A stretch of DNA of 64,000 nt from Candidatus Methanomethylicia archaeon (GCA_038845975.1 JAWBQF010000010.1:1-64000), one strand, 5' to 3'. Numbered from the stretch's first letter, positions 10,971-21,715 are shown. Program-made: numbers and translations. Notes: a model not told the origin generated them from the sequence alone.

Positions 10971-11789
10971 TTAGTTAGGCAGTATCCTTGTACATTTAGT
11001 ATTTTCCCCATCTAGAAGAAGACATAGGTTTTCATATTTAAGTACATTACCAATAACTACTTGAATACCCCTTTCTGCAAGTATTAGTGCCTCCTTAAGT
11101 TTTCCAAGCATTCCTTGAGTAACATCATTATGTGTTGAGTAACCAACAAACTTAATAACTTCACTAAAATTTGATGGGGTTATAGTATTTATAAGCTTGG
11201 CATTTATTGACCTTTTAGGGTCAGATGTATAGACTCCATCAACATCTGTTCCGAAAACAACTTTATCAGCACCAATTTCAAGAGCTATTTTTGAAGTAAT
11301 TTGATCGCCTGAAAGTATACCAAATCCATGTTTTGTATCTAGAACTGTATCACCACATATTACAGGCATTATGTTGAGGTCTAAGAGCATTTTAATGGGC
11401 TCTATAAAGATCTTACTAATTCTGAAATCCGTCATAACTATGAAGTCCATAGGATACATGGGTACAGCTGGAACACCATGCTTAATTAGAGATTCAACTA
11501 TGATTTCACTTAGCCTAATCATACTAAGCTTTGTTTCAGCAACACCAATAATTTGGCTCTTATCTCTAAGTCCGAGATGTAAACCATACTTGTATGCTAA
11601 TGGATGTCCAAAGGAGCCTGCTCCATGAATGAGTATTATTCTCCACCGATTTAAAGCATTTGATATTTCATGTGCAATACCGTTTATAACATCTATTCTA
11701 GGGGTAAAAATTCTCTCCTTATCCGTAATAACGGACCCGCCGATCTTAATGATCGCTAATCTTCTAGGTAAACAACTCATCTTAAACAT
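10971..11789 (-). CDS. ipk: Isopentenyl phosphate kinase
   Basis: IKIGGSVITDK, IHGAGSFGH, SGDQ, DVTQGMLGK. Confidence 0.9.
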   Translation of the reverse strand: MFKMSCLPRRLAIIKIGGSVITDKERIFTPRIDVINGIAHEISNALNRWRIILIHGAGSFGHPLAYKYGLHLGLRDKSQIIGVAETKLSMIRLSEIIVESLIKHGVPAVPMYPMDFIVMTDFRISKIFIEPIKMLLDLNIMPVICGDTVLDTKHGFGILSGDQITSKIALEIGADKVVFGTDVDGVYTSDPKRSINAKLINTITPSNFSEVIKFVGYSTHNDVTQGMLGKLKEALILAERGIQVVIGNVLKYENLCLLLDGENTKCTRILPN

Positions 11790-11839
11790 ACTTACTTATC
11801 ATAGTGAGAGTATTTAAGTTTGCTGTAGAGGAAATTATT

Positions 11840-12706
11840 ATGAAGCAGGTTTTTGTATGTGGGGTATTTAGTGAAAACTCCGGTAAGACAACGTTATGTA
11901 GAGCATTAATAGAATATTTAGCCTCAATAGGAGTTAGGGTTTCAGCTTTTAAACCGTTATCTGGACATAGCTTCTGGGAACAATATGATTGTTACCTAGA
12001 ATGTTTAAGAATAGGAAGTATTTTCTGTGAGGATGCCTATGAACTGTGGAAACTAGTAAATGTTAAGGTGCCAATTGAGGTTTTAAATCCAGCTGATATA
12101 CTAACAACAATACCGGACATTATAAAGCTAATAGATAAAAACAGTATTAATAACATTTTTAACTCAACAATCTATAATTGGATGTATATTGGAAGATTTA
12201 CAATTGCTCATAAAGGGAAACTGGAGCATATAGTATACTATAATGTTAATGAGGAAATAATACATCTCGATGAAATTATTAGAAAGCTAAAAATTAAAAT
12301 CAGTAAGCTTATACCAATAAATGAATTCAATGACTTCATGAAAGTTCATGAGGAATTCTACTACAATGCTGTTAACTCCTGTTATGAACTAATATCTAAA
12401 AATGTTGATTTAATAGTTGTTGAGGGATTTAATGATTCAATATATCCTTGGAGTGGAGTGGAAAACTCAACAATAGTTCTTGCAGTATCTCCAGGACATA
12501 TTATAATTTACAATGCTAAAGAATTTTATAAAGCCATAAATAATCAAAAAACCATAAAGGTATTTTATGATGTTGCTAGTAAAGTTAAACCTATAAAAAT
12601 ACTTAGAATACCACCACTTACAAAACACGATATTAAGGATACTACTATACTAGTCAGGAAATATAGTAATGCGCTAGCTGAAATAGTAAATATCCTTAAG
12701 CTCTAA
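11840..12706 (+). CDS. Predicted archaeal P-loop ATPase/GTPase (COG4028-like)
   Basis: ENSGKTT, FKPLSGH, NP and VVEGFND motifs. Confidence 0.7.
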   Translation: MKQVFVCGVFSENSGKTTLCRALIEYLASIGVRVSAFKPLSGHSFWEQYDCYLECLRIGSIFCEDAYELWKLVNVKVPIEVLNPADILTTIPDIIKLIDKNSINNIFNSTIYNWMYIGRFTIAHKGKLEHIVYYNVNEEIIHLDEIIRKLKIKISKLIPINEFNDFMKVHEEFYYNAVNSCYELISKNVDLIVVEGFNDSIYPWSGVENSTIVLAVSPGHIIIYNAKEFYKAINNQKTIKVFYDVASKVKPIKILRIPPLTKHDIKDTTILVRKYSNALAEIVNILKL

Positions 12707-13146
12707 TTAATCTATCAACTTTACCGGTACTTCATATCTAAATCTTTACAGTTTAAACACTATGAATATATTTAAACATGTTTAAATTCATCTCTAAACT
12801 CTAGAACCTAGGCTACTTTATCCAAGAGGTCATTAGGAAAACATATACGGTGGAGCTTCATAGATTTAAACATGTTTTATATCTCTCCTTTAGTGCTGTT
12901 TTGTCATAAAGTAGACTTTTATCATTAATCTAAAATCTTAGTTACTGAATGTTTCATGTGAATTCTTAACATTCATTTTCTATTAAGCACTATAGTATTT
13001 TGAATAGTTTTGGTGGCATATAATCATTAGAATGTGTTAAAAACCAAGACTACAGTCCAGCAATACTGCACAAACACTATAGACACATCTGAACTAAGCT
13101 TCGTTAAACTTATAAGATTGATAAAGTATGGCTAACTGGTGGTTTC

Positions 13147-13947
13147 ATGAATATTGTAGTCTGCGTAAAGGCAATACCATATATTGAGGAAAGGATAAGA
13201 ATAGATCAAAACTGTAAGGACATTGTTAAAACAGGATTAAAATTTAAAATAAATGATAGCGATGAAAATGCATTAGAGGAGGCACTTATACTAAAGGAGA
13301 AATATGGTGGAGCTGTAACCGTTGTTTCTCTATGTAGTGATAAAGAACTTACATATGCTGAGCAGGTTATATGGGAATGCTACGCTAAGGGGACTGACCA
13401 TGCAATACTTATATGTGATAAAATATTTGAAAATCTAGATCCATACATCACATCAAGGACCCTAGCTGAGGTTTTAAGAGGTATAAAGTATGATCTTATA
13501 TTAACTGGATGTCAAGCAGTTGATGATAGTTACATGCAGATTGGACCGATGATAGCGGAAATTCTTGGAATACCGTATACAACACTAGCTGTAAAGATGC
13601 AGGTTCTAGATAATGAAAGAATTCTTGTACATAGAGAGCTTGAAGAGGGATATAGACAGGCTGTTGAGATTAAACTACCAGCATTAATTACTATTCAGAC
13701 AGGTATTAACCTACCAAGATATGCAGCTCTCATAAAGGTTCTAGCCGCGAAGAAGAAGCCTATAAGGAAAATTACAGCTCAAGAGTTAAAGCTGAATATG
13801 GAGATGATAAATTCATGGAGAAGCATATTTATTGAAGAAATGTATATACCAAAGGCTGAAAGAGCTGCTCAAATAATTACTGGATCTCCAGCAGAGGCTG
13901 CAGCTAAACTCGCCTTAATTGTTAATAATATATTAAAAAGCGGGTGA
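13147..13947 (+). CDS. etfB: Electron transfer flavoprotein beta subunit
   Basis: MNIVVCVK, DENALEEA, GCQAVD, INLPRYA. Confidence 0.93.
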   Translation: MNIVVCVKAIPYIEERIRIDQNCKDIVKTGLKFKINDSDENALEEALILKEKYGGAVTVVSLCSDKELTYAEQVIWECYAKGTDHAILICDKIFENLDPYITSRTLAEVLRGIKYDLILTGCQAVDDSYMQIGPMIAEILGIPYTTLAVKMQVLDNERILVHRELEEGYRQAVEIKLPALITIQTGINLPRYAALIKVLAAKKKPIRKITAQELKLNMEMINSWRSIFIEEMYIPKAERAAQIITGSPAEAAAKLALIVNNILKSG

Positions 13948-13951
13948 AAAC

Positions 13952-14920
13952 ATGAAGGAAGTTCTAGTTATAGCTGAGCATAGAGAAGGAGAACTGAGAA
14001 GTTCCTGCCTTGAAACTATATCGAAAGCCCACGAGGTCGCAGGTAAGGGGGGATTAGAGGTTACATCGGTAATCATAGGTTCAAACATTAAGCCATTAGC
14101 AGAAAAACTACGGGAATATGTTGGTAGGGTTTATCTAGCTGAAAATCCTGAAATTAAGTATTATGATTTTGAAACTTACAAGCACATAGTATCTAAGCTT
14201 ATAAGAGAAGTTAAGCCATTAATGGTTTTAATGGGTCATACATCATACGGTATGGACTTAATGCCCGGCTTATCATCCTATCTAAATCTACCCCTGGTAA
14301 CAGACTGTATAGATATTGAATTAAATAATGGAAGATTTAATGCTATTAGACAGGCATATGGTGGTAGAGTTAATGTGAAAGTAAGCCTAAAACCATCAGA
14401 AACATATCTAGCAACGCTTAGAGCTGGAATATTCCAGCCAGCTAAACCAATTCAAACTAAGGGAGAAATAGTTGAAGTTGGTACCCCACCATTAGAGCTA
14501 AAAGTTAAACATCTTGAAGTAATTAAGCCAGAAATTGAAGATATAGATATTTCAAAGGCAGATATTGTTATAGGAGTTGGATTAGGTATAGGAGCTAAAG
14601 AGAAAATACCTGTTGTTGAAGAACTTGCTAAAACGCTTGGAGGAGTTTTAGGATGTTCAAGACCAATAGTTGATAGGGGATGGCTACCACAAACTAGACA
14701 AATAGGATTTTCAGGCAAATCTATTAAGCCGAAAATATACATTGCTGTAGGAATTAGCGGAGCTGCGAATCATGTAGCTGGGATTAAGGGGGCTAAAACA
14801 ATAGTAGCAATAAACAAAGATCCTGGAGCACCAATATTTAATGTTTCGGATTACGGTATTGTTGGAGATTTATTCCAAGTTATACCAATATTTATACAGG
14901 AATTGAAAAAATTTAAGTAA
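13952..14920 (+). CDS. etfA: Electron transfer flavoprotein alpha subunit
   Basis: GCSRPIVD, QIGFSG, YIAVGISGA, AINKDPGAPIF. Confidence 0.93.
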   Translation: MKEVLVIAEHREGELRSSCLETISKAHEVAGKGGLEVTSVIIGSNIKPLAEKLREYVGRVYLAENPEIKYYDFETYKHIVSKLIREVKPLMVLMGHTSYGMDLMPGLSSYLNLPLVTDCIDIELNNGRFNAIRQAYGGRVNVKVSLKPSETYLATLRAGIFQPAKPIQTKGEIVEVGTPPLELKVKHLEVIKPEIEDIDISKADIVIGVGLGIGAKEKIPVVEELAKTLGGVLGCSRPIVDRGWLPQTRQIGFSGKSIKPKIYIAVGISGAANHVAGIKGAKTIVAINKDPGAPIFNVSDYGIVGDLFQVIPIFIQELKKFK

Positions 14921-15505
14921 TTATTTAAGAATAAAACTCATTTTTTCATATGCTCTTTTATTTATATTCTCATGAATATTAGCACCATAAGAATCAATAA
15001 CTACAGTTAGAGGACCGAAGTTTTCAACTTCAAGTATCCATAATGCTTCAGGCATTCCTAAATCAAGCCATTCAACGCCTTTAACCTTTATAATAGATTG
15101 AGCTGCAAGAACAGCAGCACCGCCAGTAAATTCAGTATATACTGCACCATAGGCTTTACAGGCTTCAGCTGTTTTAAAGCCCATACCTCCCTTACCAACA
15201 ATCATTCTAACTCCAAGAGCTCTTATTACATCATATTCGTAAAGCTCCATTCTAGTACTTGTTGTTGGTCCAGCAGCTATAACAATCCACTCCTCATTAA
15301 CCTTCTTAACTATTGGCCCGCAGTGATATATAGCCATTCCTCTAAAATCTACAGGCAATGCACCACCCTTACTGACTATTTCAAGAATTCTCCTATGAGC
15401 TTGATCTCTGGCTGTATATATAGTACCTGAAAGATATACTATATCGCCAATTCTAAGAGTTCGAACATCAGATTCTGAAAGAGGAGTTTTAAGCTTGTAC
15501 TCCAC
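14921..15505 (-). CDS. Class I fumarate/tartrate hydratase beta subunit
   Basis: LSGTIYTARDQAH, YHCGP, AGPTTSTRM, GKGGM, LGMPEA. Confidence 0.9.
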   Translation of the reverse strand: MEYKLKTPLSESDVRTLRIGDIVYLSGTIYTARDQAHRRILEIVSKGGALPVDFRGMAIYHCGPIVKKVNEEWIVIAAGPTTSTRMELYEYDVIRALGVRMIVGKGGMGFKTAEACKAYGAVYTEFTGGAAVLAAQSIIKVKGVEWLDLGMPEALWILEVENFGPLTVVIDSYGANIHENINKRAYEKMSFILK

Positions 15506-15511
15506 TATAAA

Positions 15512-16387
15512 TCACCCTAACACCTTATAAGTTCCATTACTATACACTACTGCAGAAGCTCTTCTTGCAGCCCAACAGTTAAAAGCTATAGCAACGGGAA
15601 GACTTGCTACATGTCTATGAGCATACTCAATATTGACACCAAGAACTGTTGTTCTACCTCCTAAACCCATAGGCCCAATACCAGTTTCATTCAATAGATT
15701 ATAAAGCTCCATTTCCATTTCTGCTATCTGAGGCTCTGGGCTTCTCTTATTTAATGGACGTAGTAATGCTTTCTTAGCTAAAACCATAGATATATCAGCA
15801 CCACCGCCAATACCAACACCTACAATTGTAGGGGGGCAAGGCATACCGTTAGCTTCAAGAACTGAATTAATAATGAATTTTTTCACACCCTCAATTCCAT
15901 CAGCAGGTGTTAACATCTTAAACTTACAAACATTCTCCGACCCTCCACCTTTAGGCATAACTGTAAGTTCTAGTGAATCACCATCAACAATGCTCCAGTG
16001 AATATATGGTATGAAATGCCCAGTATTATCACCTGAGTTTTTATTTGTAAATGGATGAACAGCATTAGGTCTTAAAGGTACTTTACTAGTTGCTATACGT
16101 GTAGCATTAATAATTGATTCTTCAATATACTTAATACCTGGAAATGAAGCACCAACCTTAGCAAAGAAGATTATAGTGCCAGTATCTTGACATACTGGTG
16201 CCTCAATGCTTTCTGCAAGCTTAACATTATCAAGAATAGCCTTAAGTTGAGCTTTAGCTATATCGCTAACCTCATTATCATAAGCTGTTTTCAAAGCATT
16301 TTTAACATCATCTGGCAAGTATATAACAGCTTTTCTAATAATTTCAATACAGACATTTTCAATAACTTTAGGATCAATCATTTCCAT
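15512..16387 (-). CDS. Class I fumarate/tartrate hydratase alpha subunit
   Basis: PVCQDTG, PKGGGSEN, PCPP, GIGPMGLGG, CWAARR. Confidence 0.9.
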   Translation of the reverse strand: MEMIDPKVIENVCIEIIRKAVIYLPDDVKNALKTAYDNEVSDIAKAQLKAILDNVKLAESIEAPVCQDTGTIIFFAKVGASFPGIKYIEESIINATRIATSKVPLRPNAVHPFTNKNSGDNTGHFIPYIHWSIVDGDSLELTVMPKGGGSENVCKFKMLTPADGIEGVKKFIINSVLEANGMPCPPTIVGVGIGGGADISMVLAKKALLRPLNKRSPEPQIAEMEMELYNLLNETGIGPMGLGGRTTVLGVNIEYAHRHVASLPVAIAFNCWAARRASAVVYSNGTYKVLG

Positions 16388-16435
16388 CCATAGCTAAATT
16401 GGAAAGATTCTTAAAAGCTTTTTCACATCATGAAA

Positions 16436-16495
16436 GATTCTGTGAGCTTTAAATATGGAAGATGTGCATAGTTAATAGCTTAAGTTTACAAGGGC
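16436..16495. mobile_element. Degenerate ~60-bp mini-derivative of the IS6 element (family B)
   Basis: GATTCTGTGAGCTTTAA ... CTTAAGTTTACAAGGGC resembles both IS6 TIRs; interior resembles 39028-39083. Confidence 0.45.
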
Positions 16496-16580
16496 ATTGA
16501 AACCGCAGACAAACTCTATAACTGCTAGATATGTAGGCTATTAGCTATATATGATGTTTATGGAAATTAAGCTTTAACAC

Positions 16581-17945
16581 TTATTGAACCATACTATTTT
16601 TAAGTTCACTACTTACTCTTATAAGGATATTTACAGCTTCTCTTGCATTTTCGGCAAAAACAACTATCATAGGCTCCTTACCTATATCTCCAGTATGGTA
16701 TATAACGTCTGGTACAGATCCATATTTAGATATTGCCTGCTCAACACCCCAGGGAATTGTAGCTCCCTCAATATCCTTAATTTCTTTAGGTTCAAGTTTC
16801 CTATTGTATGATGATACTTTAAGACCTAAACTATTAAGAGCTTTTAAAACTTCAGGATCATACTTAATATTCAATGCAGCCCTTAAATCGACATTGTACT
16901 CCATAATTTTTAAAATATATCTTGCTAGATGTGATGATGCACCAAACTTAACGCATTCAGGAATTCTAACACCATCAATCGACTTTACAATTCTTCCAGG
17001 AACTGCAGCTACATCATTTATATCTGTAGCATATGGTATTGCCATAGCAATATTCATTCCAACCTCAGGTATAAAATACTCCAAGTTACGTATATGTCTT
17101 AATAGCTTTAGAGCTTCCTCAACTTCTCTGATAATATGATGTCTTGAGGATTCACGATATAACATCACCATGGGATTTACTGGTCCATATCCTCTACCAA
17201 TATTTAAACCATATTTCACAGCTAATACTACAAGTTCTTTAGCTTTTCTTACTGAATCTATTATACTTAAGCCCTTAGCAATTCCAGCAGCTATAGCTGC
17301 TGAAAAAATGCAACCTGTTCCATGTGTTGTTTTAGACTCTATACGTGGTGATGAAAGAATTTCAACTTTTCCCTCATGTACTAAAACATCAGGAGACTCC
17401 TTATCCTTAAGATGACCTCCCTTAACAACAACCGCCTTAACACCATACTCACATATTTTTCTAGCAGCCTTAATCATATCATTAACACTTTTAATTTCAA
17501 ATCCGGAAAGAAATTCAGCTTCAGATATGTTTGGTGTTAAAACAGTCGTGAGTGGTAAGAGCTCTTTAACCATAGATTTTATGGCATCCTCTCTTAGAAG
17601 CTGAGCACCGCTCTTAGAAATCATTACTGGATCAACAACAACTGGGAAGCCATATCTTCTAACTCTACTAGACACTACATTAACGATTTCCTGTGAATAA
17701 AGCATACCTGTTTTAGCAGCATCTATTCCAAGATCTTCAGCAACAGCGTCAATCTGTTTACCAACAAAATCTGCAGGTATATTGAAAATTCCGGTGACAG
17801 AAAAGGTATTTTGAGCTGTAACAGCTGTTAATGCAACTACTCCATGAACGTTTAAAGCGGCGAAAACCTTTAAATCAGCTTCAATACCAGCACCACCACA
17901 GGAATCGCTACCGGCAATAGTTAGTACAATAGGTATTTTAGCCAT
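16581..17945 (-). CDS. thiD: Bifunctional HMP/HMP-P kinase - thiamine-phosphate synthase (ThiDN)
   Basis: TIAGSDSCGGAGIEAD, VVDPVM, KGGH, THGTGC, then ThiN domain (IPEVGMN, FGASSHLA, GKEPM). Confidence 0.93.
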   Translation of the reverse strand: MAKIPIVLTIAGSDSCGGAGIEADLKVFAALNVHGVVALTAVTAQNTFSVTGIFNIPADFVGKQIDAVAEDLGIDAAKTGMLYSQEIVNVVSSRVRRYGFPVVVDPVMISKSGAQLLREDAIKSMVKELLPLTTVLTPNISEAEFLSGFEIKSVNDMIKAARKICEYGVKAVVVKGGHLKDKESPDVLVHEGKVEILSSPRIESKTTHGTGCIFSAAIAAGIAKGLSIIDSVRKAKELVVLAVKYGLNIGRGYGPVNPMVMLYRESSRHHIIREVEEALKLLRHIRNLEYFIPEVGMNIAMAIPYATDINDVAAVPGRIVKSIDGVRIPECVKFGASSHLARYILKIMEYNVDLRAALNIKYDPEVLKALNSLGLKVSSYNRKLEPKEIKDIEGATIPWGVEQAISKYGSVPDVIYHTGDIGKEPMIVVFAENAREAVNILIRVSSELKNSMVQ

Positions 17946-18317
17946 AGATACATAGGTTAATCTAGATATTTAAACTTAGTTAAAATAACTGTTAACAGAA
18001 TGATTTAGGTAAGCTTAGAATATACAATTTCCTTCAGCATTAAAAATAACTACATTAACGCTATGTAGCTCCAGCTTAACTTTAACTCTAATGTTTACAG
18101 ATAATTAACTACTAGTTTTTATAGCTTAGAAGATTGTTTACAAGTAGTAGAATGGAGATTCCTACTTAATTATTTACCTAAGTATATTTCCTGAAATTAA
18201 CATCATCTAACATTCTCTCTAACACTAGATCCATATTCCTTAGCTATTAATAAGGTTTAGATAAATAACATTCAATAATTCATCCTGAAACTAAGCTTTC
18301 AACTTATTACTGGATCA

Positions 18318-19301
18318 TTAATCATCTTCTTCAACGATTTTCCTAGATGTTACTGTTTCCCCGATAATCCATCCAAACTCCTCTCTTAATATTAAAATTG
18401 ATGCTTGAGGGGGAATTACACCTTTCTCAGTAATTAATAAATCAATATATTCTGGAGGAGTAACATCAAAAACAGGATTTTTAACTTTAACATTTATATT
18501 CTCTCTTAGAAAGGAATTATCTACCACCTCTAATGGTGATCTCTCCTCAATTTCTATAAGCTCACCAAGTATTGTTTCTGGACTGAATTTGTATGTTTCA
18601 GCAGCTACGAAGAATCTTACTCTTGCCTCATGAGCTGCTAAAGCTATTAAAGATGTACCGATCTTATTAACAACAGCTCCATTAGCAGCAACAGCATCAG
18701 CACCTACAATAACCTTATCTATATCCTTCATAAAGTGTCTTACAGCTGAATCGATAATTAAGGTAACCTTAACACCAATACTACTAAGTGTCTTTGCTGT
18801 TAAATATCCTTGAAATCTAGGTCTTGTCTCAGTAACATAGACTTCTATTTTCTTACCATGTTTATAGGCTGTTTTAATAACTGATATTGCAGCTGAGCTA
18901 TTACAATGTGTTAAAAGTACATCACCATCCTTAATTCTTCTAGCTCCAAGCTCACCAATCACATCAAGTGCTTTAAGTGAATTCTCTATAAATAAATTAG
19001 CTGATGTTATAGTAATATCCTTAAGAATTTTTAACTCAATACCTTTCCTATAGGCCTCCATAACCCTATACGTAATGAATCTAATACTATTTGGTAATGA
19101 GACGGCTGTAGGTCTTGTATTTAGTAGGATTTTTGAAACCTCATTCAACCCATCCATATAATCATCAACATTCCTAGCAGTTGAAGACTCTGCAAATATA
19201 ATGAATGCTTTAGCAGCTGATCTAGCTATTTCAGTTGCACCTCTTATTCTCATAGTTCTTATATCATCAGCTATTCTTAAAATCTCATTAGAATACTTCA
19301 T
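18318..19301 (-). CDS. Ribose 1,5-bisphosphate isomerase (eIF2B-like family)
   Basis: MRIRGA, TRPTAVSLPN, LTHCNS, ETRPRFQG, VGADAV, NKIGT, FDVTP. Confidence 0.88.
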   Translation of the reverse strand: MKYSNEILRIADDIRTMRIRGATEIARSAAKAFIIFAESSTARNVDDYMDGLNEVSKILLNTRPTAVSLPNSIRFITYRVMEAYRKGIELKILKDITITSANLFIENSLKALDVIGELGARRIKDGDVLLTHCNSSAAISVIKTAYKHGKKIEVYVTETRPRFQGYLTAKTLSSIGVKVTLIIDSAVRHFMKDIDKVIVGADAVAANGAVVNKIGTSLIALAAHEARVRFFVAAETYKFSPETILGELIEIEERSPLEVVDNSFLRENINVKVKNPVFDVTPPEYIDLLITEKGVIPPQASILILREEFGWIIGETVTSRKIVEEDD

Positions 19302-20187
19302 TAAACATCCTCCTTAGAAACTCAGCAATAACTGATTTAACTGAAACATAGCTTACCGGGCTTGGAACAGTATCAGTTCCAATAACAGCTTCAGCACCAG
19401 CTTCTAATATTTTCGATAATGCTTGATTAACAAGAATTGGATGTGTACATGCTGTAATGATTTTTCTAGCACCATAACTCCTTAATGCTTTAATAGCTTC
19501 AACCATAGTCACACCAGTACTTATAATATCGTCAACTAAAATTACATCCTTACCATCAACATTAAGTCTTTTAGGCTTAACAGTAACTCTGTGAGAATCG
19601 TATCTAATCTTTTCCAGAACATCATATTCAATATTTGCTCTTTTAGCAGCTATTTCAGCCCATTGCTTAGACTCTTCATCAGGTCCAATAACAATGGGAA
19701 ACTCAGGCTTAAAACTTAGCATTACATAATCCATGAGAAGCCCCATTGCTGATAAATTATAAACAGGAATTTTAAATAGTTCTGATGGATTACTAATTCT
19801 ATGAAGATGCATATCTATGGTAACTATGGAGTCAATATTTAAACTTTTAAAAATGGAGGCAATAGTTTTAATACTTAATGCTTCACCAGGTTTAAATCTA
19901 TCATCCTGACGAGTATAGGCAAAATACGGTATAACAGCTATAATCTTACTTGCACCGAGATCTCTTACTAAATCAGAAAGTAATATAAACTCCATAAGGT
20001 AATCATTAGGTTTTAAAGCAAAACTTTGAAATATAGCTACAGGCTTACCTGAAACATCACCATTAATCCTTACATAAACTTCACCGTCAGGAAAAACTTT
20101 ATATTCACTAGGAACTATTGGAGTACTAATTAGCTTTGATACATTTACTGCGAGATATCTACATGAAGATCCGGATACTATTAGCAT
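19288..20187 (-). CDS. prs: Ribose-phosphate pyrophosphokinase
   Basis: FPDGEVYVR, IPYFAYTRQD, VDDIISTG, CTH. Confidence 0.93.
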   Translation of the reverse strand: MLIVSGSSCRYLAVNVSKLISTPIVPSEYKVFPDGEVYVRINGDVSGKPVAIFQSFALKPNDYLMEFILLSDLVRDLGASKIIAVIPYFAYTRQDDRFKPGEALSIKTIASIFKSLNIDSIVTIDMHLHRISNPSELFKIPVYNLSAMGLLMDYVMLSFKPEFPIVIGPDEESKQWAEIAAKRANIEYDVLEKIRYDSHRVTVKPKRLNVDGKDVILVDDIISTGVTMVEAIKALRSYGARKIITACTHPILVNQALSKILEAGAEAVIGTDTVPSPVSYVSVKSVIAEFLRRMFNEVF

Positions 20188-20319
20188 AAAGATCTACCTA
20201 AACTAAGTACTTAAATATTATTGTAACTAGTGTATAGCCTGCCGTTCGAATATTAAGACAAGATTTACACTCTTTAAGGAAGCTAATAATTCTAGTTACC
20301 CATAGAATAGAAGTGTAGA

Positions 20320-20375
20320 ATGATGATGTACTTTTCGCTTGAAGCATGAGCTATGAGGAGCAGTAGAGCAGCTGA
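20320..20375 (+). ncRNA. Candidate C/D box sRNA
   Basis: C box ATGATGA, 12-nt guide, D' TTGA, C' ATGAGGA, 12-nt guide, D box CTGA; 56 nt; intergenic. Confidence 0.65.
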
Positions 20376-20935
20376 TGAAGTGCTAATCCATAAGCTATAA
20401 CTAGAAGTGGAAAATTCCAGGCCTTGGAGGCGCTAACAATATCAATTCGTAACATTCATAGTTTAACTATCTCTAGACTCTCCTAAATTATAGATTTAAG
20501 ACTTAATAGTTAAAATAATCTATAGATTTGTTTCTAGAAATACTAAGTAGAACTTCATTTCTTCTACAGGTCCTAAGCTTACAAACTGCAGATTAAGCCA
20601 AAGAACTTAGAATGTAGAATCACTATAGAGGTAAATTTAAAACTTTATTATTCTTCCAATAATCTTTGATTGTTAACTTTAGGGATATTTTTAAGGGTAG
20701 TTTCATAATAAATGTTGATGAGCATAATAGTTAAGATAGGACAAGAATTTGAAAACAAATTAAAGCCATGTAGATTAAGTATCTATAAAACCTATAAGTA
20801 TCTACTTGTAAGCGGGGAAGTAGGGATCTGAGAAGACTAATGAGAAAGTTGAAAAGTGAAAATGTAGAGTTTGAAGTAATTATACAATCTCCTTAACAAG
20901 TTAAGTTTTTATATTTTAAATAACTAAATTAATAG

Positions 20936-21658
20936 GTGCACATTTTGAGAAAGGTAGAAAGCATACAGTTTAGAATTTCAGTTGTTGATTGTTTAAAAAG
21001 ACTTAAAACAATGTATTCTTACAGTAAACTTGAGGAGATAACGGGAATACCTAAAACTTTACTATGCAGATACATTAAGGGCGACGTTCTTCCAAGCGAG
21101 AAATCAGCTCGTGAACTATTAAGATCCCTGAGAAAATATGATGATGTTGGAATGCTTATTAAAAGTAGACTTAGAATAAATGAGGATGGACTATTTGACC
21201 TAAGCAGTATTGCCTATGATATTTCAATATTAAGAAGAGCATCTCAAGAAGCATTTATAAAGTTTTCAGATAAGGGGGTAACAAAAGTTTTAACAGCAGC
21301 GATTGACGGTATACCACTTGCAACCTCAATAGCAACGATGCTGAACGTACCAATAGCAGTAGCAAAAACCCATAAGGATCCGTCAACAGATAGCTTCATA
21401 GAGGAAAGCTATGTTCTTGTAAGCCCTACTATGAGGATTACATTATATCTACCACGAAGATTAATTAAAAGGGAAGATAGGGTTCTTATAGTTGATGACG
21501 TTATTAGAACAGGAAGAACAGTTTCAAAACTTATTAGAATGGTTGATAAATGCAAAGCAAGCGTTGTGGGTATATTTGTTCTGATAGCTGTAGGAAAAGC
21601 TTGGAAGGAAACGTTTTCAAGTTTTGAATCACCAGTTGCCATTCTATATGAGATATAG
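20936..21658 (+). CDS. HTH plus phosphoribosyltransferase domain protein (archaeal PurR/APT-like)
   Basis: N-terminal HTH (LEEITGIPKTLLCRY..G.VLPS); VLTAAIDGIPLA; VLIVDDVIRTG. Confidence 0.85.
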   Translation: MHILRKVESIQFRISVVDCLKRLKTMYSYSKLEEITGIPKTLLCRYIKGDVLPSEKSARELLRSLRKYDDVGMLIKSRLRINEDGLFDLSSIAYDISILRRASQEAFIKFSDKGVTKVLTAAIDGIPLATSIATMLNVPIAVAKTHKDPSTDSFIEESYVLVSPTMRITLYLPRRLIKREDRVLIVDDVIRTGRTVSKLIRMVDKCKASVVGIFVLIAVGKAWKETFSSFESPVAILYEI

Positions 21659-21665
21659 CATTACC

Positions 21666-21715
21666 AGACGTGGCAACTTAGCATATTGTAGCTTTCTTCT
21701 TAAGTTGCCAGGCCC
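21666..21715. mobile_element. 50-bp mini-TIR element (family A) with perfect 8-bp TSD
   Basis: AGACGTGGCAACTTAG...CTTAAGTTGCCAGGCCC flanked by GCATTACC at 21658-21665 and 21716-21723; reverse complement is 48/50 identical to 33118-33167. Confidence 0.9.
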
